A stretch of 60,541 nt of DNA, the filler included. It is 4 parts of 4 records of this genome, joined end to end, with 100 filler letters (N's around TTAATTAATTAA, not from the genome) between each part and the next. Parts side by side here need not be neighbours in the genome. Positions count along the whole stretch, not along the records: positions 28,899 to 36,435 come from SRR22947727_1693; positions 36,536 to 53,724 come from SRR22947727_1697; 2 more parts are not named here. One strand, written 5' to 3'. Made by a program: the position numbers and the translations under genes. Below are positions 30,913 to 44,266 of the stretch, in pieces. The number at the start of each line of letters is the position of its first letter. Position 1 is the stretch's first letter. The notes under the pieces are model-generated. The model had not been told where the DNA came from, searched no databases, and was given only the letters and a program-made list of their open reading frames with translations.

Positions 30913-31749
30913 GTGATGAAGATTCTACACAACAAAGCCGAAATGACCGCCACCACAATTGCCTGGCAAGCGGCGGGGGAAACAGTTTGCCTTGTGCCAA
31001 CAATGGGAAGCATTCACCAAGGCCATCTTGCGCTGATTGCCGCAGCGCGCAAAACCGCCAATCGCGTGATTGTCAGCATCTATGTGAACCCCACACAATT
31101 TGGTGTTGGCGAGGATTTTGATCACTATCCCCGCACGCTTGAGGCTGATTGCGCGGCGATCACTGCAGCGGGTGGCTGTGATGCCATTTATGCGCCTGCC
31201 AATATGTATGATGATGGTCATGCCACCAGCATTGTTCCAGCTGGTGTTGCGCTGGCCATGGAAGGCCAGACAAGGCCGCATTTTTTTACCGGCGTTGCCA
31301 CAATTGTTTTGAAACTATTCACCCACATCCCTGCCAATTTCGCGATTTTTGGCGAAAAAGATTACCAACAATTAGCAGTCATCCGGCAAATGGTTCGTGA
31401 TCTCGATCTGAACATCACAATTCTGGCACAGCCAACAATTCGCGAAACTGATGGTTTGGCATTATCCTCGCGCAATCTGTATCTAAGCGCCACCGACCGC
31501 AAATTGGCACCATTGCTTTATGCCGAAATGCAGGAAACCGCGAACCAAATTGCCAAAGGCACGCCCGTTGATGCGGCCTTGGCCAGTGCCAAAACACGGC
31601 TAACCAAAGCTGGCTTTGGCAAGATTGACTATTTTGACCTACGCCATTCAGACAGTCTGCAGCCAGCCGAAACATTAGTGCCAAATTGCCGGATTTTTGC
31701 CGCCATCTGGCTTGGCACAACGCGCTTGATCGATAATTACGCCCTGTGA
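30913..31749 (+). CDS. panC: Pantoate-beta-alanine ligase
   Basis: VPTMGSIHQGH, VNPTQF, FGEKDYQQ, GLALSSRN and RLIDN motifs. Confidence 0.97.
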   Translation: MMKILHNKAEMTATTIAWQAAGETVCLVPTMGSIHQGHLALIAAARKTANRVIVSIYVNPTQFGVGEDFDHYPRTLEADCAAITAAGGCDAIYAPANMYDDGHATSIVPAGVALAMEGQTRPHFFTGVATIVLKLFTHIPANFAIFGEKDYQQLAVIRQMVRDLDLNITILAQPTIRETDGLALSSRNLYLSATDRKLAPLLYAEMQETANQIAKGTPVDAALASAKTRLTKAGFGKIDYFDLRHSDSLQPAETLVPNCRIFAAIWLGTTRLIDNYAL

Positions 31750-31840
31750 GGGTGATTTTATCATTTGTGCTTTTTGTTCAGCCCCTCAATAATGGTCGAA
31801 TCAGGCATAATGTTGATGCCGTTATGTGAAGGAGCGCTGC

Positions 31841-32452
31841 ATGCAGCCGCAAGACCAAAATAGCGACCAAACGGCCAAAATCGCCGCAGCGATAAAACTG
31901 CTGATTGCCAGCTATGATGCTGGCGGCAGTTTGCTAATTTGTGGCAATGGCGGCAGCGCGGCCGATTGCGAACATATCGTTGGCGAATTGATGAAGGGGT
32001 TTTGCCTGCCACGGTCATTATCAGCGCATGATCGTGATCGATTGACGGCCATTTGTGGTGATGATGCGGCGCGTCTTGGGGAAAATCTTCAATATGGATT
32101 GCCAGCCCTGTCACTTGTCAGCCATTCATCCCTGATTACCGCGATTGCCAATGATCTTGATGGTGATTTGATTTTTGCCCAGCAAATATGGGCAATGGGC
32201 AAGGCCAATGATGTTTTGCTTGCCATTTCAACATCGGGAAATTCTGAAAATATCCTGCTGGCCGCAAAGACCGCCCGCGCCAAAAACATGACGGTCATCG
32301 GCCTTACCGGTGCTGGCGGCGGCAAGCTGGCACCGCTATGTGATGTGCTGATCGATGTGGCGTCTAACGATGTTGCCAGCATCCAAGAAATGCATCTTCC
32401 GATCTATCATGAAATTTGCCGCCAGCTTGAATCGCATTATTTCACCGCCTGA
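31841..32452 (+). CDS. gmhA: SIS-domain phosphoheptose isomerase-like protein
   Basis: CGNGGSAAD.EH, AIAND, STSGNS and QEMH motifs; AGGAG RBS. Confidence 0.8.
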   Translation: MQPQDQNSDQTAKIAAAIKLLIASYDAGGSLLICGNGGSAADCEHIVGELMKGFCLPRSLSAHDRDRLTAICGDDAARLGENLQYGLPALSLVSHSSLITAIANDLDGDLIFAQQIWAMGKANDVLLAISTSGNSENILLAAKTARAKNMTVIGLTGAGGGKLAPLCDVLIDVASNDVASIQEMHLPIYHEICRQLESHYFTA

Positions 32453-32524
32453 TCAAACCCGCGCTGAAATCGGCACTGAAATTGACGCTGGTGTCTGCGC
32501 CAATGCAGTTAACAAAGTCACAAA

Positions 32525-33535
32525 TCAGATTTTCAACCGGCTAAAGACACGGCGCGCATTACCCTCGAAAATTGCCGCTTTGGCCGCGGCATCAAGCGCA
32601 ATATTCGCATCGATATAGCGTTTGGTATCATCATAATGATGATCCGTTCGTGGGTCTATTCCGCGAACGGCACCAATCATTTCCGAAGCAAAAAGAATGT
32701 TTTTTGTCGGGATGACATCAAGCAGCAAATCAATGCCGCGCTGGTGATAAACGCATGTATCAAAATAGATATTGCCAAGCACCCGCGCATCTAGATCGCC
32801 AAGACCGCGATCCTGCGCAATCCCCCGGAACCGCCCCCAATGATAAGGAACCGCCCCGCCACCATGCGGAATGATCAGTTTCAATTCAGGGAAATCGGTA
32901 AACACATCGGAAAATAAAAGATGCGTAAAGGCAGTTGTATCACCACCAAGATAATAGCTTGTGGTGGTATCGAGCGAATGATGACACGCCCCCGATACAT
33001 GGATCATCGCTGGCACATCCAACTCGACCATTTTTTCATAAAGCGGGTACCAATAGCGATCACCAAGACGCGGGTCTTTCCACGAACCGCCCGATGGATC
33101 GGGGTTCAGATTACAGCCGATAAAGCCCATCTGTTCAACACAGCGCGATAATTCGGCAATGCTGTTGTCCAGCGATGTCTCGGGGCTTTGCGGCAATTGA
33201 CAAACCGGCACAAAATTTTCGGGAAACAGATCACAAACCCGCCGGATCAAATCATTACAAAGCTCGGTCCAGGCTTGCGACGTGCTGGCATTACCAAGAT
33301 CATGCCCCATCCAGCTTGCCCGCGGTGAAAAGATCGTCACGTCAGTGCCGCGATCCTGCTGCATTTTAAGCTGGTTATTGGCAATCGTGTCACGAATCTC
33401 GTCATCCGAAATATTGATATTACCCTTTTCAAAAAAATGATTTGGGTCATTTGCCAGTAATGCGCGCTGTTCGTTACGATAGGTTTCGACCTGCGGCGGC
33501 GTTGTTGTGTAATGGCCATGACAATCAATAATCAT
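32525..33535 (-). CDS. ligJ: 4-oxalomesaconate hydratase (amidohydrolase family)
   Basis: MIIDCHGHYTT, FSPRAS.M.H, CNLNPDPSGG, PHGGGAVPYHWGRFRG, FDTCVYHQ and FASEMIGAVRGIDP motifs. Confidence 0.92.
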   Translation of the reverse strand: MIIDCHGHYTTTPPQVETYRNEQRALLANDPNHFFEKGNINISDDEIRDTIANNQLKMQQDRGTDVTIFSPRASWMGHDLGNASTSQAWTELCNDLIRRVCDLFPENFVPVCQLPQSPETSLDNSIAELSRCVEQMGFIGCNLNPDPSGGSWKDPRLGDRYWYPLYEKMVELDVPAMIHVSGACHHSLDTTTSYYLGGDTTAFTHLLFSDVFTDFPELKLIIPHGGGAVPYHWGRFRGIAQDRGLGDLDARVLGNIYFDTCVYHQRGIDLLLDVIPTKNILFASEMIGAVRGIDPRTDHHYDDTKRYIDANIALDAAAKAAIFEGNARRVFSRLKI

Positions 33536-33658
33536 AATGCAATCTTTCTTTTAAAAACCGGTAATGCCACACAATGTCACGCCGCATCATGGCGTGCCTT
33601 TTTGCCCGAGAACATTACGCCAACGCCCAAGCAAAACCAAGGCCGAAAACGGTATTGG

Positions 33659-34444
33659 CTAGCCCCCGCCAGCGGCAAAAAATGGCTGGTTGCGATATCC
33701 GGTCTTGCCATAGGCAAAGGGCTTGCCATCTTCGGCCGTGACCCGCCCGCCGGCGGCACGCAACACTGCATCACCCGCGGCGGTGTCCCATTCCATCGTT
33801 GGGCCATAACGCGGATATAGATCGACCTCACCAGCGGCAATCAGGCAAAATTTTAGCGACGAGCCAATGGCGATGCTATTGGTAATGCCGCGCGTTTCCA
33901 GCCATTGATTGGTTTGCGCGTCACGATGCGATGCGCTGGCGACAGCGACCAGCCCGTCGGCGGGCGGCATGCGAACATGAATTTGGCGGCAGATACCGCC
34001 CGAAATTTCAAACGCGCCATTGCCAAGACTGCCAAAAAATAGCCGGTCAAGCGCTGGCGCAAAGACAATGCCCATGACCGGCTCGCCATTTCGGATAAGC
34101 CCGATATTGACGGTGAAGGCGCCATCACCGCGCACCTTGATAAATTCCTTGGTGCCATCAAGCGGATCAACAAGAAAAAATTCTTGGCTTGCCGCAAATT
34201 TATGGCTGGCGGCATTTTCTTCGGAAATAATCTGGATTGTCGGTGCCAAAGCGGCAATTTCGGCAAGCAAGATCGCTTCGGCAGCTTGATCGGCCTTGGT
34301 GACGGGGCTGCCATCGGCCTTGGTCTCGGCAGATGGGTCGGTTTGATAGAAATCCATAATCACGCGGCCAGCATGCTGCACCGGCGCAATCAGCGCTTTG
34401 ACAAGCGCGCTGTCATCAATCTGGCTTTGTTCTTGCTCAATCAT
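33659..34444 (-). CDS. cysQ: 3'(2'),5'-bisphosphate nucleotidase
   Basis: KADGSPVT.AD, VDPLDGTKEF, FTVNI, GSSLK and EWDTAAG motifs. Start trimmed to MIEQEQ. Confidence 0.94.
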   Translation of the reverse strand: MIEQEQSQIDDSALVKALIAPVQHAGRVIMDFYQTDPSAETKADGSPVTKADQAAEAILLAEIAALAPTIQIISEENAASHKFAASQEFFLVDPLDGTKEFIKVRGDGAFTVNIGLIRNGEPVMGIVFAPALDRLFFGSLGNGAFEISGGICRQIHVRMPPADGLVAVASASHRDAQTNQWLETRGITNSIAIGSSLKFCLIAAGEVDLYPRYGPTMEWDTAAGDAVLRAAGGRVTAEDGKPFAYGKTGYRNQPFFAAGGG

Positions 34445-34459
34445 TGCCGCGAACGCCTT

Positions 34460-34502
34460 GCCTCCATTTTGCCGAAATCTGGGCCTCCATTTTGCCGAAA
34501 TC
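34460..34502. repeat. Tandem direct repeat, 20-bp unit with 23-bp period
   Basis: GCCTCCATTTTGCCGAAATC occurs at 34460-34479 and 34483-34502, in the cysQ leader. Confidence 0.85.
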
Positions 34503-34694
34503 CGGCCTTGCCATGGATGGCGCGCAGCCCAAAAGCCCCGCGCCGTCGCATCATAGATTACTATGCCTTGTCGCATCTGGCGAGGATAGGGGCGAATGTG
34601 AATTTATGACGCGCCTTGTCTGTTAGCGTTTTGGCAAAAATTGTTGTAGCATCAGACAAGGGCAAAAGCTCGATGCACCGTGATTACCTAGCAA

Positions 34695-34771
34695 TGGTGA
34701 TCCCGGAGGGACTCGAACCCCCTACCTACAGATTAGGAATCTGTCGCTCTATCCTGATGAGCTACGGGACC
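34695..34771 (-). tRNA. tRNA-Arg (anticodon CCT)
   Basis: Reverse complement GGTCCCGTAGCTCATCAGGATAGAGCGACAGATTCCTAATCTGTAGGTAGGGGGTTCGAGTCCCTCCGGGATCACCA folds as a cloverleaf with anticodon arm ACAGA-TTCCTAA-TCTGT, a GTTCGA T-loop and encoded CCA. Confidence 0.96.
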
Positions 34772-34884
34772 ACAAATCTGTTATGCCCGAATTTATAATG
34801 GAATGCCAGCCTGCCAAAACCGCGTTTTTATCGGCTTTCCCATGCCATTATTGTAGTTAATTACCGCCAAAAAATTTCCTTTCA

Positions 34885-34913
34885 TTGACAAACTCAACGC
34901 TAGGGCGCATAAG
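34885..34913 (+). promoter_or_regulatory. Putative sigma70 promoter of the DEAD-box helicase
   Basis: TTGACA, 17-bp spacer, CATAAG; about 70 bp upstream of the ATG. Confidence 0.5.
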
Positions 34914-34983
34914 TCCGCCAAAGATGTGGCGCGCTAGGGGCGATGCTACCTTCGCGAAAAGCCATGCGCTAGAAAACAAACCA

Positions 34984-36435
34984 ATGTCAGATATGAATCA
35001 AGACTCTGCCGAAATTTCGGCACAAACACCGGCTGTCAACTTTGATAGTTTTGGATTACCCGAACTAATGCTGGCCACTTTGGCCCGCGAAGGGCTTGTA
35101 TCCCCAACCCCCATTCAGGAAATGTCGATCCCGCTTTTGCTGGAAGGACGCGATCTAATCGGCCTTGCCCAAACCGGCACCGGCAAAACCGCTGCCTTTT
35201 TGCTGCCTTTGATGACGCATCTTGGCTATAGCGCCGCCGTTCGCGCCGGCCAGCCGCCAAAGGCACTGATCCTTGCGCCAACGCGCGAATTGGCAAATCA
35301 GATTGAGCAGAATGTCAGCAAATTATCGGCCGATCTGAATATCCGTCATCTGGCCGTTTTTGGCGGGGCGCGCTATGACGCACAAATTCGCGGATTACGC
35401 CGCGGTGTCGATATTGTTGTTGCCACGCCTGGCCGTCTTGAAGATCTGATGGACCGCGGCGCGTTTGACCCAAGCGGAATCACCCATTTCGTTCTTGATG
35501 AAGCCGATCATATGCTTGATCTTGGCTTTTATCCACCAATCAAGCGCATTGCTGGCAGCCTGCCACGCAACCGCCAGACGATGCTGTTTTCGGCAACCAT
35601 GCCGCCCGAGATTGAGACGCTTGCCAAGCAGTTTCTAACTGATCCGGCACAGGTAAAAGCACCGCAAACCGGCATCACTGCCGACAAGGTAACCCAGCGC
35701 GTAACCTTGATGGCCGAAGGCGATAAACGCGACCGGCTTTGTGATATTTTGAATGAACAGGATACCGGCCAAAGCTTGATCTTTGTCCGCACCAAACGGC
35801 GTGCCGATGCATTGGCAAAATTCATGGAGGTTCGCGGCTTTGCTGTTGATGCGCTTCATGGTGATATGCGCCAGACCCTGCGCCAGAAGGTGCTTCGCAA
35901 TTTCCGCAGCGGCCAGTTGCGTGCCTTGATTGCAACCGATGTTGCGGCGCGCGGTATCGATGTTGCGGGTTTGAGCCATGTGATCAATTTTGATCTGACC
36001 GACACGCCTGAATCCTATGTTCACCGTATTGGCCGCACCGGCCGAGCCGGTCTTGGTGGTTTGGCAATTTCATTTTGTGCGCCCGATGAACGAAACAAGC
36101 TTGGCGCGATTATTGCCGCCGTTGGCCCGCGGGTTGAGCTGTTTGAACTTGATGGCACGCCGGTAACTGATTTCAAAGGTAGCGGTGGCGCATCAAGCGG
36201 TCGTCGTCGCCCACCACAGGGCGCGCGTGGCCGCAGTGACCGTGACCGGAATGACCGTGACCGTTCAGGCCGTGATGGCCGGCGTGATGATCGGCGTGAT
36301 GATCGGCCAGCAGGTGGTCGTGGACGCCCAGCAGGCAAACCCGCGGATAATGATCGCCGTCAAGCGCGGCCAGCCGGTGGCGGCCGTCCTGAAGGTGGCA
36401 GTCGCCCAAACCGTGATGCCCGTCCAAACCGTGAT
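34984..36435 (+). CDS. DEAD-box RNA helicase (RhlE-like), 3' truncated by the contig end
   Basis: Q motif, AQTGTGKT, PTRELA, DEAD, SAT, ARGID and HRIGRTGR motifs; R/D/G-rich tail. Confidence 0.95.
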
Positions 36436-36535
36436 NNNNNNNNNNNNNNNNNNNNNNNNNNNNNNNNNNNNNNNNNNNNTTAATTAATTAANNNNNNNNN
36501 NNNNNNNNNNNNNNNNNNNNNNNNNNNNNNNNNNN
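36436..36535. other. Artificial contig-joining spacer
   Basis: N44-TTAATTAATTAA-N44. Confidence 0.98.
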
Positions 36536-36536
36536 C

Positions 36537-37061
36537 TTTATTCCAACCAACGTGATTTCGATCACGGACGGCCAAATCTTTTTGGAAACCGAACTGTTTT
36601 ATCAGGGCATCCGCCCCGCGGTGAACACGGGTCTATCGGTGTCACGCGTTGGATCTTCTGCGCAAACCTCAGCGATGAAAACAGTCGCCGGCCCTGTGAA
36701 GCTGGAATTGGCGCAATATCGCGAAATGGCAGCCTTTGCCCAGTTTGGCTCAGATCTTGACGTGGCCACGCAGCAATTGCTGAACCGTGGCGCGCGCCTG
36801 ACCGAGCTGATGAAGCAGCCCCAATATGCACCCTTGACCAATGCCGAGATTGTTTGCGTGATTTTCGCGGGAACAAATGGATATTTAGATGGGATCAGCG
36901 TGGGCGATGTTGGTCGCTTTGAAAAAGGGCTTTTGGCGCATTTGCGCGGCAAGCATGCAGATCTTTTGGCCTTCATCACCGATGAGGATCCAAAGATCAA
37001 AGGCGAAGCCCAAGATAGAATCAAAGCTGCTCTTGACGAGTTCGCCGCCGATTTCGCGTAG
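36537..37061 (+). CDS. atpA: F1 ATP synthase subunit alpha, 5' truncated
   Basis: [31 protein letters not shown] and FAQFGSDLD motifs. Confidence 0.98.
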   Translation, partial: FIPTNVISITDGQIFLETELFYQGIRPAVNTGLSVSRVGSSAQTSAMKTVAGPVKLELAQYREMAAFAQFGSDLDVATQQLLNRGARLTELMKQPQYAPLTNAEIVCVIFAGTNGYLDGISVGDVGRFEKGLLAHLRGKHADLLAFITDEDPKIKGEAQDRIKAALDEFAADFA

Positions 37062-37073
37062 GAGATCTGCTAG

Positions 37074-39388
<2,315 letters not shown>

Positions 39389-39399
39389 AGGAGCCTCTT

Positions 39400-39825
39400 A
39401 TGGCGAATATGATGCAATTTGATCTGGTGAGCCCAGAAAAGCTATTATCTTCTCAGCAAGTGGAAGCAGTTTTGATTCCAGGCGCGGATGGGGATTTGAT
39501 GGCGATGCCGGGTCATGCGCCGGTGATCACGTCTTTACGCCCCGGTATTTTGCGGGTTCAAACCGCAGCCGGAAGCGAGGAATACGTTGTCACGGGCGGG
39601 TTTGCTGAAATTGGCGAAAGCGTGTCGATTCTGGCCGAAAAAGCGGTGCCTAGCGCTGAGCTGACCCAAGAGGGCTTTGAGGCGTTGGTGGAACAGGCCA
39701 AATCTGCCTATGGGCAGGCGCAAGACGCGTTTGTAAACGAGCCTGGCCCTGTTGATGATGCAGCTAAAATGCTGTCGGACATGGTGGCTGTTGGCGACCA
39801 AATGGGATTATCCGGCACCCGCTAA
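39400..39825 (+). CDS. atpC: F1 ATP synthase subunit epsilon
   Basis: FDLVSPE, PG.DG, HAP and GGFAEI motifs; last gene of the operon. Confidence 0.96.
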   Translation: MANMMQFDLVSPEKLLSSQQVEAVLIPGADGDLMAMPGHAPVITSLRPGILRVQTAAGSEEYVVTGGFAEIGESVSILAEKAVPSAELTQEGFEALVEQAKSAYGQAQDAFVNEPGPVDDAAKMLSDMVAVGDQMGLSGTR

Positions 39826-39848
39826 ATCTGCGCTATAGTAGAAATTTT

Positions 39849-39875
39849 AAAGGCTCGCTTTTGGCGGGCCTTTTT
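39849..39875. terminator. Intrinsic terminator, probably bidirectional, between atpC and holA
   Basis: AAAGGCTCGC-TTTTG-GCGGGCCTTTTT hairpin with flanking A and T tails. Confidence 0.75.
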
Positions 39876-40899
39876 ATTGTTGGGCTGCCATGGCCAGTCT
39901 GATGAGGGCGCGCTCAACAAGCTCTAAGGCGGGCGCGTGTTGATTGGCCGAGCGCAATTGCAGATCGAGATCGGTTAACGTTTGAAGCGCCATTTTAGAT
40001 TTAGACAGGCTCCAGCGCGTCGCGCTGCGTTGAAAGCGGTCACGCCGTGGGCCGAAGACCGGTGGTCGAAGCTTTGAAATGCCCGCGCTGGCACCTGCTG
40101 GGTCGCTGGCGATGCTGAATAGAATTTTGAAATGCCGCACCGCGCTTATGCATAAGGTTACGGGCTGCATTCCCTGCGATTTTAACCGCTGCATTAAGGG
40201 TCCGATCGCCTCTGCACGCCCTTCGCTGACCACCCATAGAATATCATCTAGCGCAGCTTCTTGGGAATTTGGCGCACAGTTTTGGATATCTTCCAGCCCC
40301 AGAGGCGTTGCATCATGCAGTTTGTAAAGCGCTAGCTTTTCAAGCGTTTGCCGAAAATCGCTCGGCTCTAATTCGCGCGCCAAAGCGCTAAGCGCTTTCA
40401 GGCCGATATCGCCAAGATTTTGCAACCCGGCCTTTTGCAATTCAGCGGCTATTTCAGCTTGGCTGGGAGGATCATCATAAATGGCAATCGCATAGGTATT
40501 AGGATGCGTTTCAAAGGTTTTTCTTAAGTTTGAAGAGGCTCGCAATTGCCCTGCGGTCACGATAATTTGGGCGTCGCCTTGCTGCCAATCCTGCAACGCG
40601 GCGGTAATGGTTTTGGTCAGCCCATCGGCCGCGTCTTCCAAAAACACCCCCCGTTGACCTGGAAAAAATCCCTGCGCTTTCACGGCGTCAATCAGGGCGG
40701 CCGGGTCTTTGCGCAAGTCGGCACCAGAGAGGCGTGTGAGTCGCATTTCTTCGCTGCCTTGGGGGCCCAACAGCGCTCGGATCATGCTTTGTCGGCGCAT
40801 CGCTACGCGCATTGCATCGGCGCCATAGATCAAAACTCCTGCCCGATTGGGGTCGGGTTTGGCGCAATATGTGGCAATATCGCGCGCGGGCAGTTTCAT
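39874..40899 (-). CDS. holA: DNA polymerase III subunit delta
   Basis: LIYGAD, EKLALY and PPVFGPRRD motifs; conserved leuS-lptE-holA order. Confidence 0.92.
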   Translation of the reverse strand: MKLPARDIATYCAKPDPNRAGVLIYGADAMRVAMRRQSMIRALLGPQGSEEMRLTRLSGADLRKDPAALIDAVKAQGFFPGQRGVFLEDAADGLTKTITAALQDWQQGDAQIIVTAGQLRASSNLRKTFETHPNTYAIAIYDDPPSQAEIAAELQKAGLQNLGDIGLKALSALARELEPSDFRQTLEKLALYKLHDATPLGLEDIQNCAPNSQEAALDDILWVVSEGRAEAIGPLMQRLKSQGMQPVTLCISAVRHFKILFSIASDPAGASAGISKLRPPVFGPRRDRFQRSATRWSLSKSKMALQTLTDLDLQLRSANQHAPALELVERALIRLAMAAQQ

Positions 40900-41396
40900 G
40901 GCTTGGCCTGGGGTTGGATCAAGATCAGGGCATCCAATACTTTATCGGCCAGCTGGATCATTAGGCGGTCATAGGCATCATTGCTCGCGGCTAGAATTGC
41001 CACATTAGAGCCGCTTTGTGCGTAACCGGTAAACGCTTTTACGCTGCCCGATTGCACCTCTTTTCCATCGGCTATTTGAACAATGGTATAATCAGCAAAG
41101 CCGGTTACAATCTTTCGCTGCGCTCGGCCGTCCGCAGCGATGCCAGCTCTGGCTTCGCTTTTGCGCGGCGTAATGCTGAGCAGATATCGGGTTCCTTGCC
41201 CGCCATGTAGCCGCTCTGCAAGGCGGTTATAAAGCACATAGCTGTCGCGATCTTTGGGTGCATTCAGCTCGATATTTTGCAGAAAATCTGCGGTCTCTGA
41301 TCCTGATTTATAAAGCGGCTCAAGCGTACATCCGGCAAGCGCCAGCCCTATCAAAAGGCTTGCGCTGTAAAGGATATTGCGCCTAAACCACCACAT
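40896..41396 (-). CDS. lptE: LPS assembly lipoprotein LptE
   Basis: Lipobox LAGC followed by xxPLY; located between leuS and holA. Confidence 0.85.
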   Translation of the reverse strand: MWWFRRNILYSASLLIGLALAGCTLEPLYKSGSETADFLQNIELNAPKDRDSYVLYNRLAERLHGGQGTRYLLSITPRKSEARAGIAADGRAQRKIVTGFADYTIVQIADGKEVQSGSVKAFTGYAQSGSNVAILAASNDAYDRLMIQLADKVLDALILIQPQAKP

Positions 41397-43929
41397 TCAC
41401 AATGCGCCCCGGCACTACAATAATTTTCTTCGGAACAGCCCCGTTTAAGGCGCGCTGCACCGCCTCTTCCGCCAAAGCCAGGGCTTCGATCTTGTCTTTT
41501 GCGAGATCCTTCGCAACGGTTATTTCCGCCCGCCGCTTGCCGTTTATTTGTATTGGCAGCGTGAGCGTGTTTTCAACCAGCATGGCCTCATCTGCCTGCG
41601 GCCATGCGGCGTTTATAACCAAGCCGTCGCCGCCTTGCCGGGCCCAGATATCCTCTGCCAGATGCGGGGTCATTGGCGCCATCAGTTGCGCCAATATCCG
41701 CATCGCATCGCGTTGCACGCGCCCGCCGGCCTGTGATTTGGCCAGCGTGTTGGTAAAGCCGTATAGCTTTGCAATCGCGGCGTTAAAGCCAAATGATTCC
41801 ACGCCCAGCGTGACATCCCGGATGGCTTTATGCATCTCGCGTAGCAGGGCCTCATCCCCGTTCCCGGTCTGCGCCATATCCATTTGCGCGATCTTTTCAC
41901 TCAGCGACCAGACGCGGCTAAGATGGCGATGCGCGGCCTCCGCGCCGCTGGCGGTCCATTCCACATCGCGTTCTGGGGGGCTGTCAGAGAGTACGAACCA
42001 GCGGGCGGTGTCCGCGCCATAAGCTGAAATAATATGCACCGGATCCACTACGTTTTTCTTCGACTTTGACATTTTTGCCGAAGGAATAATTTCGACAGCG
42101 CTGCCATCTGCCAATTTCCCATCGCTTACATCTTCAGGAAGGTGATAGACGGGGCGTCCCTTTCCATCACGGGTCTGATAGATTTCATGCGTGACCATGC
42201 CTTGCGTGAACAACGCATTAAACGGCTCAACATTCGCACGGCTTGGCAAATGCCCGGTAAGCTGCATCGCCCGCGAGAAAAAACGCGAATAGAGCAAATG
42301 CAAAATCGCGTGTTCAATCCCACCGATATATTGATCCACATTCATCCAATAGGCGATATCTTCGGCCGTGGTGGGTTGCGCGGCATGCGGCGCGGTAAAG
42401 CGGGCAAAATACCAAGAGGAATCAACGAATGTGTCCATGGTGTCGGTTTCACGCAAAGCCGGTTTCCCGCAGGCGGGGCAGGCACAATTGCGCCATGTCG
42501 GGTGGCGATCCAGCGGATTTCCGGGTTTGTCAAAGCTGACATCATCGGGCAGGATCACGGGCAGGTTTTCTTTTTTCTCGGGCACCACGCCGCAGGCATC
42601 GCAATGTACAACGGGGATCGGGCAGCCCCAATAGCGCTGGCGCGACAAGCCCCAATCGCGCAACCGGTAATTGGTAACGCCCTTGCCCCAGCCTTGTGCT
42701 TCGGCGAAGGCAATCGTGGCATCCAAGGCCTCTTGCCCGGTGGCCATGTCGAGTCCGGCGAAGTGGTTGGCCCATTTCACTTTTTCAGATTTAGGGGGCA
42801 CAAACGCCAGATCCGCAACCGGTGTGTCATTATCGAGCGCAAAAAATGTATCAATCACGGGCAGGTCATATTTGCGAGCGAAATCCAAATCGCGTTGATC
42901 ATGCGCGGGGCAGGCGAAAATTGCTCCGGTGCCGTAATCCATCAAAATAAAATTCGCGATCCAAACGGGCAATGTCCAGTCAGGGTTTAGCGGGTGGCGC
43001 ACGCGCAGCCCCGTATCAAGGCCGTTTTTATCGGCTTTTTCCATATCGGCTTCCGAGGTGCTCATCTGCCGGCAGTCTTTGTTAAAGGCTGCAATCTCGG
43101 GATTTGAGGCCTCGAGCTGCCGGGCCAGCGGGTGATCGGCCGAAATTCCAATAAAAGATGCGCCAAGCAATGTATCCGGGCGCGTGGTGTAAACAGCAAT
43201 TTGTGAATGATCGGTCGGCCCATCGATCACATCAAAAGCAAATTCCAACCCCCGCGATTGCCCGATCCAATTGGATTGCATCAGTTTGACCTTGGCAGGC
43301 CAATCATCTAGCCCGTCGATCGCCTGCAAAAGATCTTCGGCATGGTCGGATATTTTGAAGAACCACTGCGTAAGCTCGCGCCGCTCGACCAACGCGCCCG
43401 AGCGCCACCCGCGGCCGTTTTCCACCTGTTCATTGGCCAAAACGGTCATATCCACCGGATCCCAATTGACCACAGCGTTTTTGCGATAGACCAGATCTTC
43501 CGTTAAAAAATCCAAAAACAGCGCTTGTTGTTGCCCATAATATTCTGGATCGCAGGTGGCAAATTCGCGCGACCAGTCGATCGACAGGCCAAGCGGCTTC
43601 ATTTGCGCGCGCATATCGGCGATATTGCTATAGGTCCAATCTTTGGGGTGGCCGCCTATTGCCATCGCGGCGTTTTCAGCCGGCATTCCAAACGCATCCC
43701 AGCCCATCGGGTGCAACACATTATGCCCAGTGCTGATTTTATGGCGGGCAATCACATCGCCCATTGTGTAATTGCGCACATGGCCCATATGGATCCGACC
43801 CGAAGGATAGGGAAACATCTCAAGTACGTAATATTTTGGTTTGCTTTGATCGCGTGTGGCCGTGAAGACGCCAGCGTCTTCCCAGCTTTGTTGCCATTTC
43901 GCTTCTATTTCACCCGCCTCATAGCGCAT
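41383..43929 (-). CDS. leuS: Leucyl-tRNA synthetase
   Basis: [34 protein letters not shown] and KMSKS motifs. Start trimmed to MRYEAGE. Confidence 0.99.
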   Translation of the reverse strand: MRYEAGEIEAKWQQSWEDAGVFTATRDQSKPKYYVLEMFPYPSGRIHMGHVRNYTMGDVIARHKISTGHNVLHPMGWDAFGMPAENAAMAIGGHPKDWTYSNIADMRAQMKPLGLSIDWSREFATCDPEYYGQQQALFLDFLTEDLVYRKNAVVNWDPVDMTVLANEQVENGRGWRSGALVERRELTQWFFKISDHAEDLLQAIDGLDDWPAKVKLMQSNWIGQSRGLEFAFDVIDGPTDHSQIAVYTTRPDTLLGASFIGISADHPLARQLEASNPEIAAFNKDCRQMSTSEADMEKADKNGLDTGLRVRHPLNPDWTLPVWIANFILMDYGTGAIFACPAHDQRDLDFARKYDLPVIDTFFALDNDTPVADLAFVPPKSEKVKWANHFAGLDMATGQEALDATIAFAEAQGWGKGVTNYRLRDWGLSRQRYWGCPIPVVHCDACGVVPEKKENLPVILPDDVSFDKPGNPLDRHPTWRNCACPACGKPALRETDTMDTFVDSSWYFARFTAPHAAQPTTAEDIAYWMNVDQYIGGIEHAILHLLYSRFFSRAMQLTGHLPSRANVEPFNALFTQGMVTHEIYQTRDGKGRPVYHLPEDVSDGKLADGSAVEIIPSAKMSKSKKNVVDPVHIISAYGADTARWFVLSDSPPERDVEWTASGAEAAHRHLSRVWSLSEKIAQMDMAQTGNGDEALLREMHKAIRDVTLGVESFGFNAAIAKLYGFTNTLAKSQAGGRVQRDAMRILAQLMAPMTPHLAEDIWARQGGDGLVINAAWPQADEAMLVENTLTLPIQINGKRRAEITVAKDLAKDKIEALALAEEAVQRALNGAVPKKIIVVPGRIVNVVV

Positions 43930-44266
43930 CTTTTTGGAATTCCTTGCAAGCATTTCTGTTGATATGGTGATAGTGGTTTCGGCGCGCAGCGTCCAGAGCT
44001 GCGCTGGGCTTTCTCGCAATGGCTGGTTCGGGTATCTGCTGGCTTTGCGTATCGGGCAGTGGCCGTCCGAAAGGGCACGCAGGATGGCGACATGCAGTGC
44101 CGAACTGGTTTGGCAAACTGTGGCATTCCTGCATCAGATTGAAGCCGCTCTTGCCGGCTGCGCATGGCAAAGCTTGCAAAACACCCCCGAAACACGACAA
44201 GAGGGTTTCATACGCCGCGCTGACTACCGGTGCGGCTATCTAAGTTTTAACTTCGAGGAAAAAAAG

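Noticed and set aside
31800..34771. Genomic island integrated at tRNA-Arg carrying cysQ, ligJ and gmhA
   Set aside because: I saw no integrase, no duplicated tRNA 3' end and no obvious composition shift.
42142..42990. 282-aa plus-strand ORF and the many other antisense or alternative-frame ORFs in the track
   Set aside because: Shadows of well-supported genes such as leuS, expected in GC-rich coding DNA.
43934..44266. 111-aa N-terminal extension of the porin ORF (544-aa version)
   Set aside because: The RBS and signal peptide begin at 44267; the upstream part is the divergent leuS/porin promoter region.
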